The position numbers were made by a program, and so were the translations under genes. DNA of 64,000 nt, from the NCBI GenBank assembly GCA_965208665.1, contig CBDBPH010000001.1, positions 1,098,717 through 1,162,716 on the forward strand, in the 5' to 3' direction. The notes beneath the pieces were generated by a model. The model saw only the letters and a list, made by a program, of their open reading frames with translations. It did no database searches and was not told where the DNA came from. Source of the stretch: Dehalococcoidia bacterium (GTDB taxonomy: Bacteria; Chloroflexota; Dehalococcoidia; Bin125). Below, piece after piece: positions 30,537 to 40,213 of the stretch (its first letter is position 1; each line of letters opens with the position of its first letter).

Positions 30537-32178
30537 GGATGCGTACCCGGCGATACGGTTCCCGACCCTTGCTCACCGACTCCAGCGCCTGATCGCTCGC
30601 CAGTTGATGTTGCAGCTTGCGGATGTAAGGGTTTTGCGGCGTCAAATCGACCGCCGACTGCCTACCGGAATGAATCTGCGAAATCGCCTCTTCAGCTTCA
30701 GACAGTGCGGCCGTCACGGCGTCGTTCGGCGCCGAACCTTTTGACAGCGCCCGCAGGCTCTTCTCCATTTGCAACACGGTGTTGTGCTTCAGCACCACGA
30801 CCGGTAATCGTCGCGACTCGGCCAGGCGCAGCTCCGGCGGCCGACGCCGGAACGCGGTCCGCAGCGTCAACAGCACGTCCGCCTCCTCGACCCGCTCCGC
30901 GATTGAGACGTTCGCGCCGGTCTCACGGATCGCTTCACGCAGCCGCGACAGCGACACGCCCAACGGATAGATCTTCTGATGCGGGCCAGTCGACGCGGTC
31001 CGTCCGCGTGAAGCAGTACGACGCCTGAGCGGAGCCTCATGCGCCGAGCCGTTCCCGAACGACGGTCCGCTGCGCGGACCCGTCTGCGCCCCGAACGCCC
31101 GCGACAGGAAGTCATTCGTTGACGCTTCGAATCCCGTCCAGGAATCGTCGGAGACCATTGCATCGACGGAATCAGTTGACGTGTGGACCGCACCATCATC
31201 GTCCACTTCGCGGATCTCCGCCGCGACCGATTCGCCACGCAACAATGCGTCGACCGTGGTGCCGATGTCCGAGTGCAGGGCCACACGGGTGAACGACTGA
31301 ATCTCCACCAGCGCCTCGAAGGTCGGCGGAGCCTTGCGCTCGAGTACCGATTTGCGCGTGCCTCGGCGCCGCGCTTCCTCGTCCGACAGGGTGACCGTCT
31401 GAATCCCACCGATCAGGTCCACGAGCGTCGGATTGAGCATCAGGTTGGCCAGCGTGTTCCCGTGCGCGGTCGCGACCAGCTGTACCCCGCGTTCGGCAAT
31501 GGTCCGCGCCGCCTGGGCCTCCAGCTCCGTGCCAATCTCGTCGATCACGATCACCTCAGGCATGTGATTCTCGACCGCTTCAACCATCACCGAATGCTGC
31601 AACTCCGGCCGCTCCACCTGCATCCGACGGGCCCGCCCGATGCCCGAATGCGGGATGTCCCCATCTCCGCCGATCTCGTTCGAGGTGTCGACGATGATCA
31701 CGCGTTTCCCCTGCTCGGCCAACACCCGCGCCGCTTCGCGCAGAATCGTCGTCTTGCCGACCCCCGGACGCCCCAGCAGCAGGATTGAGGCCCCGGCCTG
31801 AACGAAGTCCTCGATCACCGAGACCGACCCTGACACGGCTCGGCCCACGCGCATCGTCAGGCCCACGACATCCTGCCGCCGATTACGTATGCAGGCAATC
31901 CGATGCAGCGTCCGTGGAATGCCGGCGCGGTTGTCCTTACCGAAATCGCCCAGCCCCGACATCACCATCTGCAGTTCCGCCTCGGTCACCTCCGACGCAC
32001 GCAACTCAAGCTCATCCTCGAGGAACCGCGCATACGGGGGACGACCAAGGTCGAGCACAATCTCCAGCAGATTGTCCTCGTCGCCATGTTCTACTACTGC
32101 TCGGCGAATGCCTTCCGGCAGCGTTGTCAGCAGCGCCGCCAGATCGTCGCTATGCACCGCCGACGTCAAGTCATTCAT
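30526..32178 (-). CDS. AAA+ ATPase with C-terminal R3H domain (SpoIIIAA/Ycf45-like)
   Basis: LLGRPGVGKTTILRE Walker A, VIIVDTSNEIGG, VIVIDEIG Walker B, then a long low-complexity linker and an R3H-type C-terminal domain. Confidence 0.8.
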   Translation of the reverse strand: MNDLTSAVHSDDLAALLTTLPEGIRRAVVEHGDEDNLLEIVLDLGRPPYARFLEDELELRASEVTEAELQMVMSGLGDFGKDNRAGIPRTLHRIACIRNRRQDVVGLTMRVGRAVSGSVSVIEDFVQAGASILLLGRPGVGKTTILREAARVLAEQGKRVIIVDTSNEIGGDGDIPHSGIGRARRMQVERPELQHSVMVEAVENHMPEVIVIDEIGTELEAQAARTIAERGVQLVATAHGNTLANLMLNPTLVDLIGGIQTVTLSDEEARRRGTRKSVLERKAPPTFEALVEIQSFTRVALHSDIGTTVDALLRGESVAAEIREVDDDGAVHTSTDSVDAMVSDDSWTGFEASTNDFLSRAFGAQTGPRSGPSFGNGSAHEAPLRRRTASRGRTASTGPHQKIYPLGVSLSRLREAIRETGANVSIAERVEEADVLLTLRTAFRRRPPELRLAESRRLPVVVLKHNTVLQMEKSLRALSKGSAPNDAVTAALSEAEEAISQIHSGRQSAVDLTPQNPYIRKLQHQLASDQALESVSKGREPYRRVRIHGG

Positions 32179-32193
32179 CGAGCAATCCTGCCT

Positions 32194-32847
32194 CTACGCC
32201 CGGTCCGAGAACCTGCACTCTCGGCCGGCGTAGCGACTGCACATTCTGATGAAGTGGCGGTGGAGTCGCCAGTCATCGGTCAACTCGGGATGGAAGGTCG
32301 TGGCCAGCAGCGATTTGTACTGCACCGCTACAGGCTCGAACCTGAAGGGCAAGCCCAACCGCAGAAGCACCTCCACGCCGTCTCCCACGTCGCAAATCCT
32401 TGGAGCGCGAATGAATACAGCATGAAGAGGACCGTCGCCCCCAAGTGCGCCTGGATCAAGGTCAGCCTCGAACGAATCGACCTGTCGCCCAAATGCGTTG
32501 CGCTCCACTGTCATCGGAAACAGATGTAAGCCGGGTCGATCCAGTGTCACGATTTTCGTGGCCAGCAGGATTGCGCCCGCACATGTCCCCCAAATCGGCA
32601 TCCCCTCAGCTGCCCTTGCCAGGAGCGGCTCACGCAGGTTGTACGCGATAAGGAGCCGTGCGATCGTGGTGCTCTCTCCTCCCGGAACAATCAAGCCGTG
32701 AACCTGTTGCAACTCGGCATTGGTTCGAACTTCTAGCGGCAACGCGCCAGCTCGGCGTACCGATGCCGAATGCTCGGCAAAGTCTCCCTGTAGGGCTAAC
32801 ACACCGATGACCGTCGGAGCGCTGTCCGTCAGTGCGAAGTCCCTCAC
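32194..32847 (-). CDS. pdxT: Pyridoxal 5'-phosphate synthase glutaminase subunit
   Basis: 217 aa with GVLALQGDF, GLIVPGGESTT and GTCAG catalytic Cys motifs. Confidence 0.93.
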   Translation of the reverse strand: MRDFALTDSAPTVIGVLALQGDFAEHSASVRRAGALPLEVRTNAELQQVHGLIVPGGESTTIARLLIAYNLREPLLARAAEGMPIWGTCAGAILLATKIVTLDRPGLHLFPMTVERNAFGRQVDSFEADLDPGALGGDGPLHAVFIRAPRICDVGDGVEVLLRLGLPFRFEPVAVQYKSLLATTFHPELTDDWRLHRHFIRMCSRYAGRECRFSDRA

Positions 32848-32884
32848 GGTGCCATTATGGCTGCGTTGACGAATGGCTGGTCAC

Positions 32885-33796
32885 CTACAGGCCTCGTTTC
32901 GCTAACAGCTCTGGCTCGGGGATCTCGCTAATCTCGAGACCTCGCATAGCCGGGGGCAGGTTCGTCGAAGTTTCGGCCAGGATTCCGTCGTCGTTGTAGT
33001 GGGTGACGGCTCGAACAATGGCATTCGCCATCTGCGCCGGATCCTCCGACTTGAAGATTCCGCTTCCGACAAACACGCCTTCTGCCCCCAGCCGCATCAT
33101 CAACGCGGCATCCGCCGGCGTTGCTACGCCGCCAGCGGCGAAGTTCACGACAGGCAAGCGACCGTTCTCACGAGTCTCGCGTAGCAGTTCGACGGGAGCG
33201 CCAATGTCCCGCGCGTACGGGACCAACTCTTCCTCACCGACTGCCTGCAGCTCCTTGATCGAGCCTTGCACGGACCGCATATGGCGCACCGCTTCGACGA
33301 TGTTGCCGGTCCCGGCCTCTCCCTTGGTCCGGATCATCGCCGCACCTTCCGCGATTCGACGCAGTGCCTCGCCCAAATCTCGGCAGCCACACACGAACGG
33401 AACTGCGAAGCCATGTTTATCGATGTGAAACACTTCGTCTGCCGGCGTCAACACCTCTGACTCGTCAACGAAGTCAACCCCCATCGCTTGGAGAATCGAG
33501 GCTTCGACGAAGTGACCAATCCGCACCTTGGCCATCACAGGAATCGACACCGCGTCCATAATCCCTTGAATCAGCGCCGGATCGGACATCCTCGCCACGC
33601 CACCAGCCGAGCGAATGTCAGACGGCACTCGCTCCAACGCCATTACTGAGCATGCTCCAGCCTCCTCTGCGATTTTGGCATGCTCAGGCGTAACAACATC
33701 CATGATGACGCCACCCTTGAGCATCTGGGCCAAGCCTTCTTTGACAGTTCGCGTCGCCGCCTCTACGACCATGTGGCTCCCTTCACTCCTGTTCAA
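32885..33796 (-). CDS. pdxS: Pyridoxal 5'-phosphate synthase lyase subunit
   Basis: 303 aa with [19 protein letters not shown] and [13 protein letters not shown] motifs of PdxS/SNZ. Confidence 0.95.
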   Translation of the reverse strand: MNRSEGSHMVVEAATRTVKEGLAQMLKGGVIMDVVTPEHAKIAEEAGACSVMALERVPSDIRSAGGVARMSDPALIQGIMDAVSIPVMAKVRIGHFVEASILQAMGVDFVDESEVLTPADEVFHIDKHGFAVPFVCGCRDLGEALRRIAEGAAMIRTKGEAGTGNIVEAVRHMRSVQGSIKELQAVGEEELVPYARDIGAPVELLRETRENGRLPVVNFAAGGVATPADAALMMRLGAEGVFVGSGIFKSEDPAQMANAIVRAVTHYNDDGILAETSTNLPPAMRGLEISEIPEPELLAKRGL

Positions 33797-33835
33797 GCGC
33801 AGTGTATCGCGCTGCAGCAGCCCGCTTCCGGTTCC

Positions 33836-34699
33836 CTAGGCAGTCGCAATCGCCGTCTCCAACTCGTCCACCTCGCCACCACCGGCCATGAGGTATGACA
33901 GGCTCTCAAGCGTCAGCGTTTCGCTGCGCCGATCCTCAACCAGGCGCCCGCGCTGGAACACCAGGAATCGATCACCCACCCAAAATGCGTGCTGTGGCTT
34001 CGGTGTCACGAGGACGACCGCCGTTCCGCGCTGCGCTGCACGCCGAATCAGACGAAGCACGGCGCCCGATTGGCGCACACCCAGCGCCGAAGTCGGCTCG
34101 TCGAGGATCAACACGCGCGCGCCGTAGTACAGCGCCCGAGCAATGGCCAGACCTTGGCGCTCTCCGCCCGACAAAGTGTGCGCTGCGCGATCGGGATCGC
34201 CCAGATCAACGCCCAGCTTCTCGAGCTCGGACTGCATCGCCTCCTTGGCGTAGGCGACATCGAAGCGCTGGAATATTCCCCATCCCTTGACCGGCTCCGC
34301 TCCCATGAAGAAGTTGCGCCACAGCGACATCAGCGGCGAGATCGCCAGATCCTGGTAGACCGCCACAATTCCCTGCGAGCGCGCCTGGCGAGGGGAGCCG
34401 AACTCGGTGGGCGTGCCATCGAGCAGGATTTCTCCTTCGCTGGGCCGAATCAAGCCGCAGAGCATCTTGATGAAAACCGATTTGCCGGCCCCGTTGTCTC
34501 CGACGACGCAGGTCACCTCACCTGCGCGCAGCGCCACATTGACATCCTGCAGCGCTGTCACCGCCCCGAACTGCCGGCCCAGCCCGCGCACCTCCATGAC
34601 CGGCACATCCTGTCGCTCAGTCGGCGGCGCCGCGCCGTCGTCTTGTTCGGATATCTGCTCGGTTGCCATGTCATGCTCCAACTTGCCGACTTGCGGCAT
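33836..34699 (-). CDS. ABC transporter ATP-binding protein (single-NBD, CUT2-like sugar type)
   Basis: GDNGAGKS Walker A, LSGGERQ signature and ILDEPT Walker B. Confidence 0.88.
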   Translation of the reverse strand: MPQVGKLEHDMATEQISEQDDGAAPPTERQDVPVMEVRGLGRQFGAVTALQDVNVALRAGEVTCVVGDNGAGKSVFIKMLCGLIRPSEGEILLDGTPTEFGSPRQARSQGIVAVYQDLAISPLMSLWRNFFMGAEPVKGWGIFQRFDVAYAKEAMQSELEKLGVDLGDPDRAAHTLSGGERQGLAIARALYYGARVLILDEPTSALGVRQSGAVLRLIRRAAQRGTAVVLVTPKPQHAFWVGDRFLVFQRGRLVEDRRSETLTLESLSYLMAGGGEVDELETAIATA

Positions 34700-35740
34700 C
34701 TAACCGGAACGCACCGTGCGCACGCGTTCGCCCACGACGTGGTTGATCAGCGTCGACACCAGCAGCAGCACCCCCAGGAACGCCCAGCGCCAGTCGGAGT
34801 TCCAACCGGCATGCGGAATCCCCACGAATGCGATGCCCCAGATCAACGCGCCGATCGCCGGACCGACCGCCGATCCGTAGCCGCCGGCCATGCGACAGCC
34901 GCCCACCACGGCCGCGATGATGTAGAAGAACTCCGCGCCCACGCCCTGACCAGCCTGCACCGATGTGTAGCGCACGGCGTTGCTGACGCCCACGAACCAG
35001 GCCGCGCCGGCAGTCAACATGAACAGGCCGATCTTCGTGCCGTTGACCGGAACCCCGACGGCGCGCGCCGCCTCGCGATCGCCGCCGGTCGCGAAGATCC
35101 AATTGCCGATCTTGGTCCGCCACAGGATCCACGTCGCGATCAGTGTGAATCCGCCCCACCACAGCAGCGAGATGCGGAAGTCCGACGGCGCCGTACCGAA
35201 CACCGTCGCCACGATCGCGTGCAGCGAGTCGAACCCGGCCGCCTCGTCGATGTTCTCGATCAGCGCATCACCGGTGAAGTACTTCGACAGTGCGACGTTC
35301 GCGCCGCGCAGCCCGAAGAAGGTGCCCAGCGTGACGACGAAGGAGGGCAGCCCTGTCCACACGACGATCACGCCGTTCCAGAGCCCGAGCGCGAGACAGA
35401 CCCCCAATGAGAGCACCAGCGCCAGCCAGAGGTTCATCCCCCACTCGGTCGCCATGATCCCCAGCAACGCCCCGGCCGTACCGACCATTACACCGGCCGA
35501 CAGGTCGAACTCGCCGCTGATCATCAACAGCCCGACGGCGACGGCGATGATCCCGTACGGCCAGGCCGTATCGAGCACCCGCGCGATGGTCGGAATCTCC
35601 ACCATTGCGCCTGAACTCGCGATGCTGAAGAAGATGAACAGCAACGCCGCCGCGACCAGAGAACCCAGCTCCGGGCGCAGCACCGCCGTTCGCACCCACG
35701 GTCGCTCCTTGCCAAACGCGGGTAGCTGCAACAGTGACAC
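34700..35740 (-). CDS. ABC transporter permease (RbsC/branched-sugar type)
   Basis: 346 aa, about 8-10 TM helices, BPD_transp_2-like. Confidence 0.88.
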   Translation of the reverse strand: MSLLQLPAFGKERPWVRTAVLRPELGSLVAAALLFIFFSIASSGAMVEIPTIARVLDTAWPYGIIAVAVGLLMISGEFDLSAGVMVGTAGALLGIMATEWGMNLWLALVLSLGVCLALGLWNGVIVVWTGLPSFVVTLGTFFGLRGANVALSKYFTGDALIENIDEAAGFDSLHAIVATVFGTAPSDFRISLLWWGGFTLIATWILWRTKIGNWIFATGGDREAARAVGVPVNGTKIGLFMLTAGAAWFVGVSNAVRYTSVQAGQGVGAEFFYIIAAVVGGCRMAGGYGSAVGPAIGALIWGIAFVGIPHAGWNSDWRWAFLGVLLLVSTLINHVVGERVRTVRSG

Positions 35741-35773
35741 CGATTCGCCTTTCCCTGGGCGGATGCTCGCAGA

Positions 35774-36817
35774 TTACTCGTTCGACTGATCGCCGGCGAT
35801 CACGCTCGCGCCGGTCCGGTGCGTCGCTTCGCGTACGCGCTGCACGTTGTTGATGTCGACGAATCCCGGTCCGAGCAACACTCCGCGACCCGCGATCCAC
35901 TGCAGCATCGCGTCTGCCAGCTCATCGCCCTGGGTCAGCTCGGAGTACTGGACCAGGCGAGCGTATGCGACTGGTAGATAGCCCTGCAGATAGGGTTGCT
36001 GATCCACGGCGAACTCCACCCGTCCGTCCTCGATGGCATCCAAGACCTCGTCGTTCAACTCGAACACGGCGTGCAACACCGGTCTGCCCTGGGGTCGTGA
36101 CGCGCGGACCTCCTCGATCGCGGACGAGGCCGCGTTCATGACCAGCGTGTTCATTGTCAAGACCGAGTCGATGGTCGGATCGTTCGTCAACGCCGAACTG
36201 ATTCGATCCTCCACGTCACCCGCCGGATCAACGACCAGGTCAGTCCACTGACCGGTCCTTGAGCCAGCCCGATTGCAGCGCGTTTCCAGAGCCACGTTGG
36301 TCGCCTCATGTCGAACGCAGAGCAGATGCGACGATCCGCCTTCCGCAAGGCGATCACCCACTGCCAACCCCGCGACCGTTTCCACCTGGCCGAAGTACGA
36401 GTCCACGCCCAGTTCGGCTCCTGCGGTGTCCCCGACATTGACCACGAACACCGTCAGGCCAATGACCACCGCTTCGCGGACCACGTCGGACATCGCCTCC
36501 GGATCCGACAACGTCACGACCAGCACGTCAAAACCTTGCTGCACCGCCTCGTCGATCAAGCGGACCCGTTGTTCGCTGTCTGGCGTCGAACGCCAATAGA
36601 GATTCACGTCGAACGTTCTGGCGGCGTCTTCCGCGCCGGCCCTGATTTCCTCCCAGAACGGATCGCCTTCCGCCCCATGCACAATCATCGCCACCGACAT
36701 CGGCGGCGCCAGACCAAGACCGAGCCGTTCCCGAGCCGCATCCGCACAGCCTGCAACTACCACGCCGACCGCGCACAATGTCAGAACCAACACCGGCAAC
36801 CGCAAGCGCCGCATCAA
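35774..36817 (-). CDS. Sugar ABC transporter substrate-binding lipoprotein (PBP type I)
   Basis: Signal peptide plus lipobox (LCAVGVVVAGC). Periplasmic-binding-protein type I fold with conserved DPFWEEI motif. Confidence 0.85.
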   Translation of the reverse strand: MMRRLRLPVLVLTLCAVGVVVAGCADAARERLGLGLAPPMSVAMIVHGAEGDPFWEEIRAGAEDAARTFDVNLYWRSTPDSEQRVRLIDEAVQQGFDVLVVTLSDPEAMSDVVREAVVIGLTVFVVNVGDTAGAELGVDSYFGQVETVAGLAVGDRLAEGGSSHLLCVRHEATNVALETRCNRAGSRTGQWTDLVVDPAGDVEDRISSALTNDPTIDSVLTMNTLVMNAASSAIEEVRASRPQGRPVLHAVFELNDEVLDAIEDGRVEFAVDQQPYLQGYLPVAYARLVQYSELTQGDELADAMLQWIAGRGVLLGPGFVDINNVQRVREATHRTGASVIAGDQSNE

Positions 36818-37863
36818 TCACCACCCAACTGCGGGAATCGCCGGACATTCGACTTGTCGACGAATCCTGGCCCGGTCACCAAACGTCCCGACGCCGCCCA
36901 TCGCTCCAGCCCCGCCAGGATCCCTCGCGTCGCCGCATCGCTGTCCAGGGAGCGGAAGTAGGCAAACGCGATTGGCAGAAATCCCTGCAAGTACGCTTGC
37001 TGGTCCACCGCGAACAGGACATCACCGGCTTCGATCGCTTCAAGAATGGCGGGGGACACGTCGAACGTCGCCAGTCTCGCCGACGATCCGGACGATTCAA
37101 TCGCGGCCATCGCCAGCTCAGCGATGCTCGAGTTGAGCGCGAGGATGCCATCGATGCTTGGATCTGCCTGCAGCAGGTTGGCAATCTCTCCGGTGGTCGA
37201 AACGCGGTCCGCCGTGCCGGTCACAAACAGCCGCTGCATCGAGCCGCCGGCCGCCTCCATAGCCAGACCGGCGTTCGCGCAACGCGATTCCAGGCCTATG
37301 TTGCCCGCCTCATGGATCACGCACAACAGTTTGCTCACCCCGGCCAGCACCAGGCGTTCTCCGGCGCCCAGCCCCGCGACGCCGTCGGGCTGCCCGAAGT
37401 GCGTGACCGCGCCGAACTCACGACCGCGTTCCTCGCCTGAGTTGATCGACATCACCAACAGGCCCGCAGCGACCGCCGAACGGATCGACTCCTCCAGGGC
37501 ATCCGGATCGGCCAGTGACACGATGAGCACGTCGTAGCCCAGCGCCACCGCGTTGTCGACCAGCCGCACCTGTTCGTTGACGTTGCCGTCGCCGTCGTAC
37601 AGCAACTCGATCCCGAACTCGCGCTGGGCCGCGAATGCGCCTGCTGCTACCTCGTCCCAGAACGGGTCGCCAATCCCGCCATGTGTGATCATGGCCACGC
37701 GGATATCCGTGGGCGGCAGGACGCCCGTCCCGGCCTGAAACGACACGTCCTCGTCGACCCGACAGATGTAGGCCGCGACCATCGCCAGGGCAACCAGGCC
37801 GGCGAGCACCAGCCATCGCAACCAGCCCTCATTCGCGAGCCGCTCAACCCGTCGTGCGAGCAC
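36814..37863 (-). CDS. Paralogous sugar ABC transporter substrate-binding protein (membrane-anchored)
   Basis: Clear paralogue of the 35774..36817 product (DPFWDEV...DVLIVSLADPDAL...). It has an N-terminal TM anchor instead of a lipobox. Confidence 0.8.
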   Translation of the reverse strand: MLARRVERLANEGWLRWLVLAGLVALAMVAAYICRVDEDVSFQAGTGVLPPTDIRVAMITHGGIGDPFWDEVAAGAFAAQREFGIELLYDGDGNVNEQVRLVDNAVALGYDVLIVSLADPDALEESIRSAVAAGLLVMSINSGEERGREFGAVTHFGQPDGVAGLGAGERLVLAGVSKLLCVIHEAGNIGLESRCANAGLAMEAAGGSMQRLFVTGTADRVSTTGEIANLLQADPSIDGILALNSSIAELAMAAIESSGSSARLATFDVSPAILEAIEAGDVLFAVDQQAYLQGFLPIAFAYFRSLDSDAATRGILAGLERWAASGRLVTGPGFVDKSNVRRFPQLGGD

Positions 37864-37892
37864 GCCCTACTCCCTGCTCCACCATTCCCTGA

Positions 37893-37927
37893 GCAGCGCG
37901 CATCTCACGCAAGCACCAGCGCGCTGC
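37893..37927. promoter_or_regulatory. Perfect 9-bp inverted repeat GCAGCGCGC-N17-GCGCGCTGC in the divergent intergenic region
   Basis: Direct reading. Located between the SBP gene (minus) and the metallophosphoesterase gene (plus). Candidate operator or structured element. Confidence 0.3.
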
Positions 37928-37949
37928 AGGTCACGCTAGGCTACCAATC

Positions 37950-38525
37950 ATGCGCATCGGTCTGATTTCCGACACACACGTCCCCGAAGCAGGCACCGAA
38001 CTCTGGCCGCAGCTCTGGGATCGGATCAAGACCGCCGATGTCCTGCTGCACGGCGGCGACATCCACGACATCGCCCTGATTGACAAGCTGGAGCAGGTTG
38101 CACCGATCTACGTCGCGCGAGGCAACGGGGACGACGGCTCCGGCGGACGCCCGGTGCAGCCGGAAGATCCGCGTCTGCGCGAGGCTTGGTCGTTGGAGTT
38201 CGAAGGCTTTCGCTTCGGTCTTACCCACGACATGGCCCTGCCCGAGTGGCCGCCCTACCGCACGGTGGAATCGATGATGGACCACTACTTCGGAGCGCCG
38301 CAGCACGTCGTTGTCCACGGCGACACCCATGTCGCATCGATCGAGACGATCCGAGGCGTCCTCATCATCAATCCCGGCAGTCCGATGTATCCCCGCAATC
38401 TCGACACCAGGCTAGGCACGTTGGGGTTCATTGAGATCGAGAACGGTCGACTGCACGCCTGGCTCGAACAACTGGATGACCACGGTTCGCACGTCGTACG
38501 GGAGCAACCGAAATACGCCTATTGA
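37950..38525 (+). CDS. Metallophosphoesterase (YfcE/MJ0936 family)
   Basis: GLISDTHVP, GGDIHD, GNGDD and GDTHV metal-ligand motifs. Confidence 0.85.
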   Translation: MRIGLISDTHVPEAGTELWPQLWDRIKTADVLLHGGDIHDIALIDKLEQVAPIYVARGNGDDGSGGRPVQPEDPRLREAWSLEFEGFRFGLTHDMALPEWPPYRTVESMMDHYFGAPQHVVVHGDTHVASIETIRGVLIINPGSPMYPRNLDTRLGTLGFIEIENGRLHAWLEQLDDHGSHVVREQPKYAY

Positions 38526-38575
38526 CCTCACCGCTCGTCGACGCATGAGCGCGGGTCAGCGAATACGCTACGCAA

Positions 38576-39091
38576 ATGGCCGGCATCACCGTCCTCGTGC
38601 CCTTCGATCGCTCGCGGGAAGCTCGCCGAGGATTGGACGTCGCCCTCCACCTGGCCAGAATCGACCGCCGCAAGTCGCGGGTCATGCCGATCTACGTGGT
38701 CGAAGTCGATCGCGCCTATCCCGTCGACTGCGATCTACCCCAGCAGTCTGCCCAGGGCGAGGCTTGCCTCGCTGAGGCGGAAGCCGCCGCCAAACAGGCC
38801 AAGGTCACCTGCGAGGCCATATTGCTGCAAGCCCGCAACGCCGGCCCCGCCGTGGTCGATCTTGCGGCCACCGAACGAATCGATCTGGTCGTACTCGGCG
38901 TCTCGCACGCCAACACCGTGTTCGGCGGCAGCGGCGAGCAGACCGCCTTGGTGCGCGGCGCAGGCGCAGGCATCGACCTCGGCCACACCGCCGATTACAT
39001 TCTCTCGCACGCGCCCTGCGAAGTCGTCGTCGTGCGCGAGCCCGCGCTGAGCCACGCACCGCCGGTCCCACACGAGTTCGTCGGTCGCTGA
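38576..39091 (+). CDS. Universal stress protein family
   Basis: 171 aa, UspA-like alpha/beta fold with the C-terminal LVVLGVSH...G-x2-G-x9-GS region. Confidence 0.85.
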   Translation: MAGITVLVPFDRSREARRGLDVALHLARIDRRKSRVMPIYVVEVDRAYPVDCDLPQQSAQGEACLAEAEAAAKQAKVTCEAILLQARNAGPAVVDLAATERIDLVVLGVSHANTVFGGSGEQTALVRGAGAGIDLGHTADYILSHAPCEVVVVREPALSHAPPVPHEFVGR

Positions 39092-39118
39092 GCCACAACG
39101 GAAACGGTCCCGATTTCC

Positions 39119-39544
39119 ATGCGTGTCGTCATCATGGGCTGCGGACGACTGGGGTCCACTCTCGCCCAGGAACTTGACCGCGAGGGACACCAGGTCACCG
39201 TGATCGATATCGACGCCGCCGCCTTCAATTGGCTCGATGAGGACTTCCGTGGCTCGACCATTGTCGGAGCCGGCGAAGACGTTGAAGTACAGCAGGCCGC
39301 TGGCGTCCCGCGCGCTGAAGTCTTCCTCGCCCTGGCCAACGGCGACAATCGCAACGCCATGGCTGTGCAAGTCGCAAGGCACATCCACAACGCGCCGAGG
39401 GTCGTGGCGCGCATCTACGACCCGGAGCGTGCCGAGGTCTATCGCCAACTCGGGATCAACGTCGTCAATCCCACCACCATCCTCGATCAGATGGTGCGCG
39501 AAGCCGCCTTCGGCCAAGACGAATCGAATGGGGCCGCCACGTAG
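39119..39544 (+). CDS. TrkA-N (RCK N-terminal, NAD-binding) domain protein
   Basis: VVIMGCGRLGSTLAQEL Rossmann motif. 141 aa with no C-terminal RCK domain. Confidence 0.85.
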   Translation: MRVVIMGCGRLGSTLAQELDREGHQVTVIDIDAAAFNWLDEDFRGSTIVGAGEDVEVQQAAGVPRAEVFLALANGDNRNAMAVQVARHIHNAPRVVARIYDPERAEVYRQLGINVVNPTTILDQMVREAAFGQDESNGAAT

Positions 39545-39546
39545 TC

Positions 39547-40209
39547 ATGTACGTCATCCTCGTCGGCGGTGGCAAGGTCGGGCGCGGCGCGGCCCGTGAC
39601 CTGATCCAGATGGGCCACGAGGTCTGCATCGTTGAGCGCGACGGCAACACTGCCTGGTCACTCAACAACGAACTCGGCGAGGTCGCCCTGCTAGGCGACG
39701 GCGCCGAAATCCATGTCCAGCGAGCCGCCGGCATGAACCGCGCCGACGTCGTCGTCGCCTGCACCGGCCGCGATCAGGTCAACCTGGCCGTCGCACAGAC
39801 CGCCCAGACGCGCTTCAATGTGCCCAAGGTGATCGCCCGAATTAATGATCCACGCAACGAGCGCATTTTCCGCGCCCTGGGATTCCACAACACCATCTCA
39901 GCCACCACGGCAATCGTCAGCGCGATCGAGCAAGAGGTCAGCGCGGGACTCTCGCGCCTGACACAGCTCAGGTCGTCGGCCTTTGTCCTGGCCGAGCTCG
40001 TGATTCCCCAACTCGCGCCGGCTGTCGGGTGTCAGGTGCGCGATCTCAACCTGCCCTCGCATACCCTGCTGGCCCTCATCATCCGCGACGACGACGAACC
40101 GGAGATTCCGGGACCAAACACCATGATCCAGCCTGGCGACATCGTCATCGCGGTGACCCAGCCTCAGCATGAGTCAGGTCTGCGCACCGCCCTGACCGGA
40201 GAAGCGTAG
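39547..40209 (+). CDS. TrkA/KtrA-family K+ transport regulatory protein (RCK N + C domains)
   Basis: VILVGGGKVGRGAARDL Rossmann motif plus an RCK C-terminal domain (IQPGDIVIAV). Confidence 0.85.
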   Translation: MYVILVGGGKVGRGAARDLIQMGHEVCIVERDGNTAWSLNNELGEVALLGDGAEIHVQRAAGMNRADVVVACTGRDQVNLAVAQTAQTRFNVPKVIARINDPRNERIFRALGFHNTISATTAIVSAIEQEVSAGLSRLTQLRSSAFVLAELVIPQLAPAVGCQVRDLNLPSHTLLALIIRDDDEPEIPGPNTMIQPGDIVIAVTQPQHESGLRTALTGEA

Positions 40210-40213
40210 CCAG

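Noticed and set aside
33989-35410. 473-aa plus-strand ORF
   Set aside because: Antisense to the ABC ATPase and permease genes.
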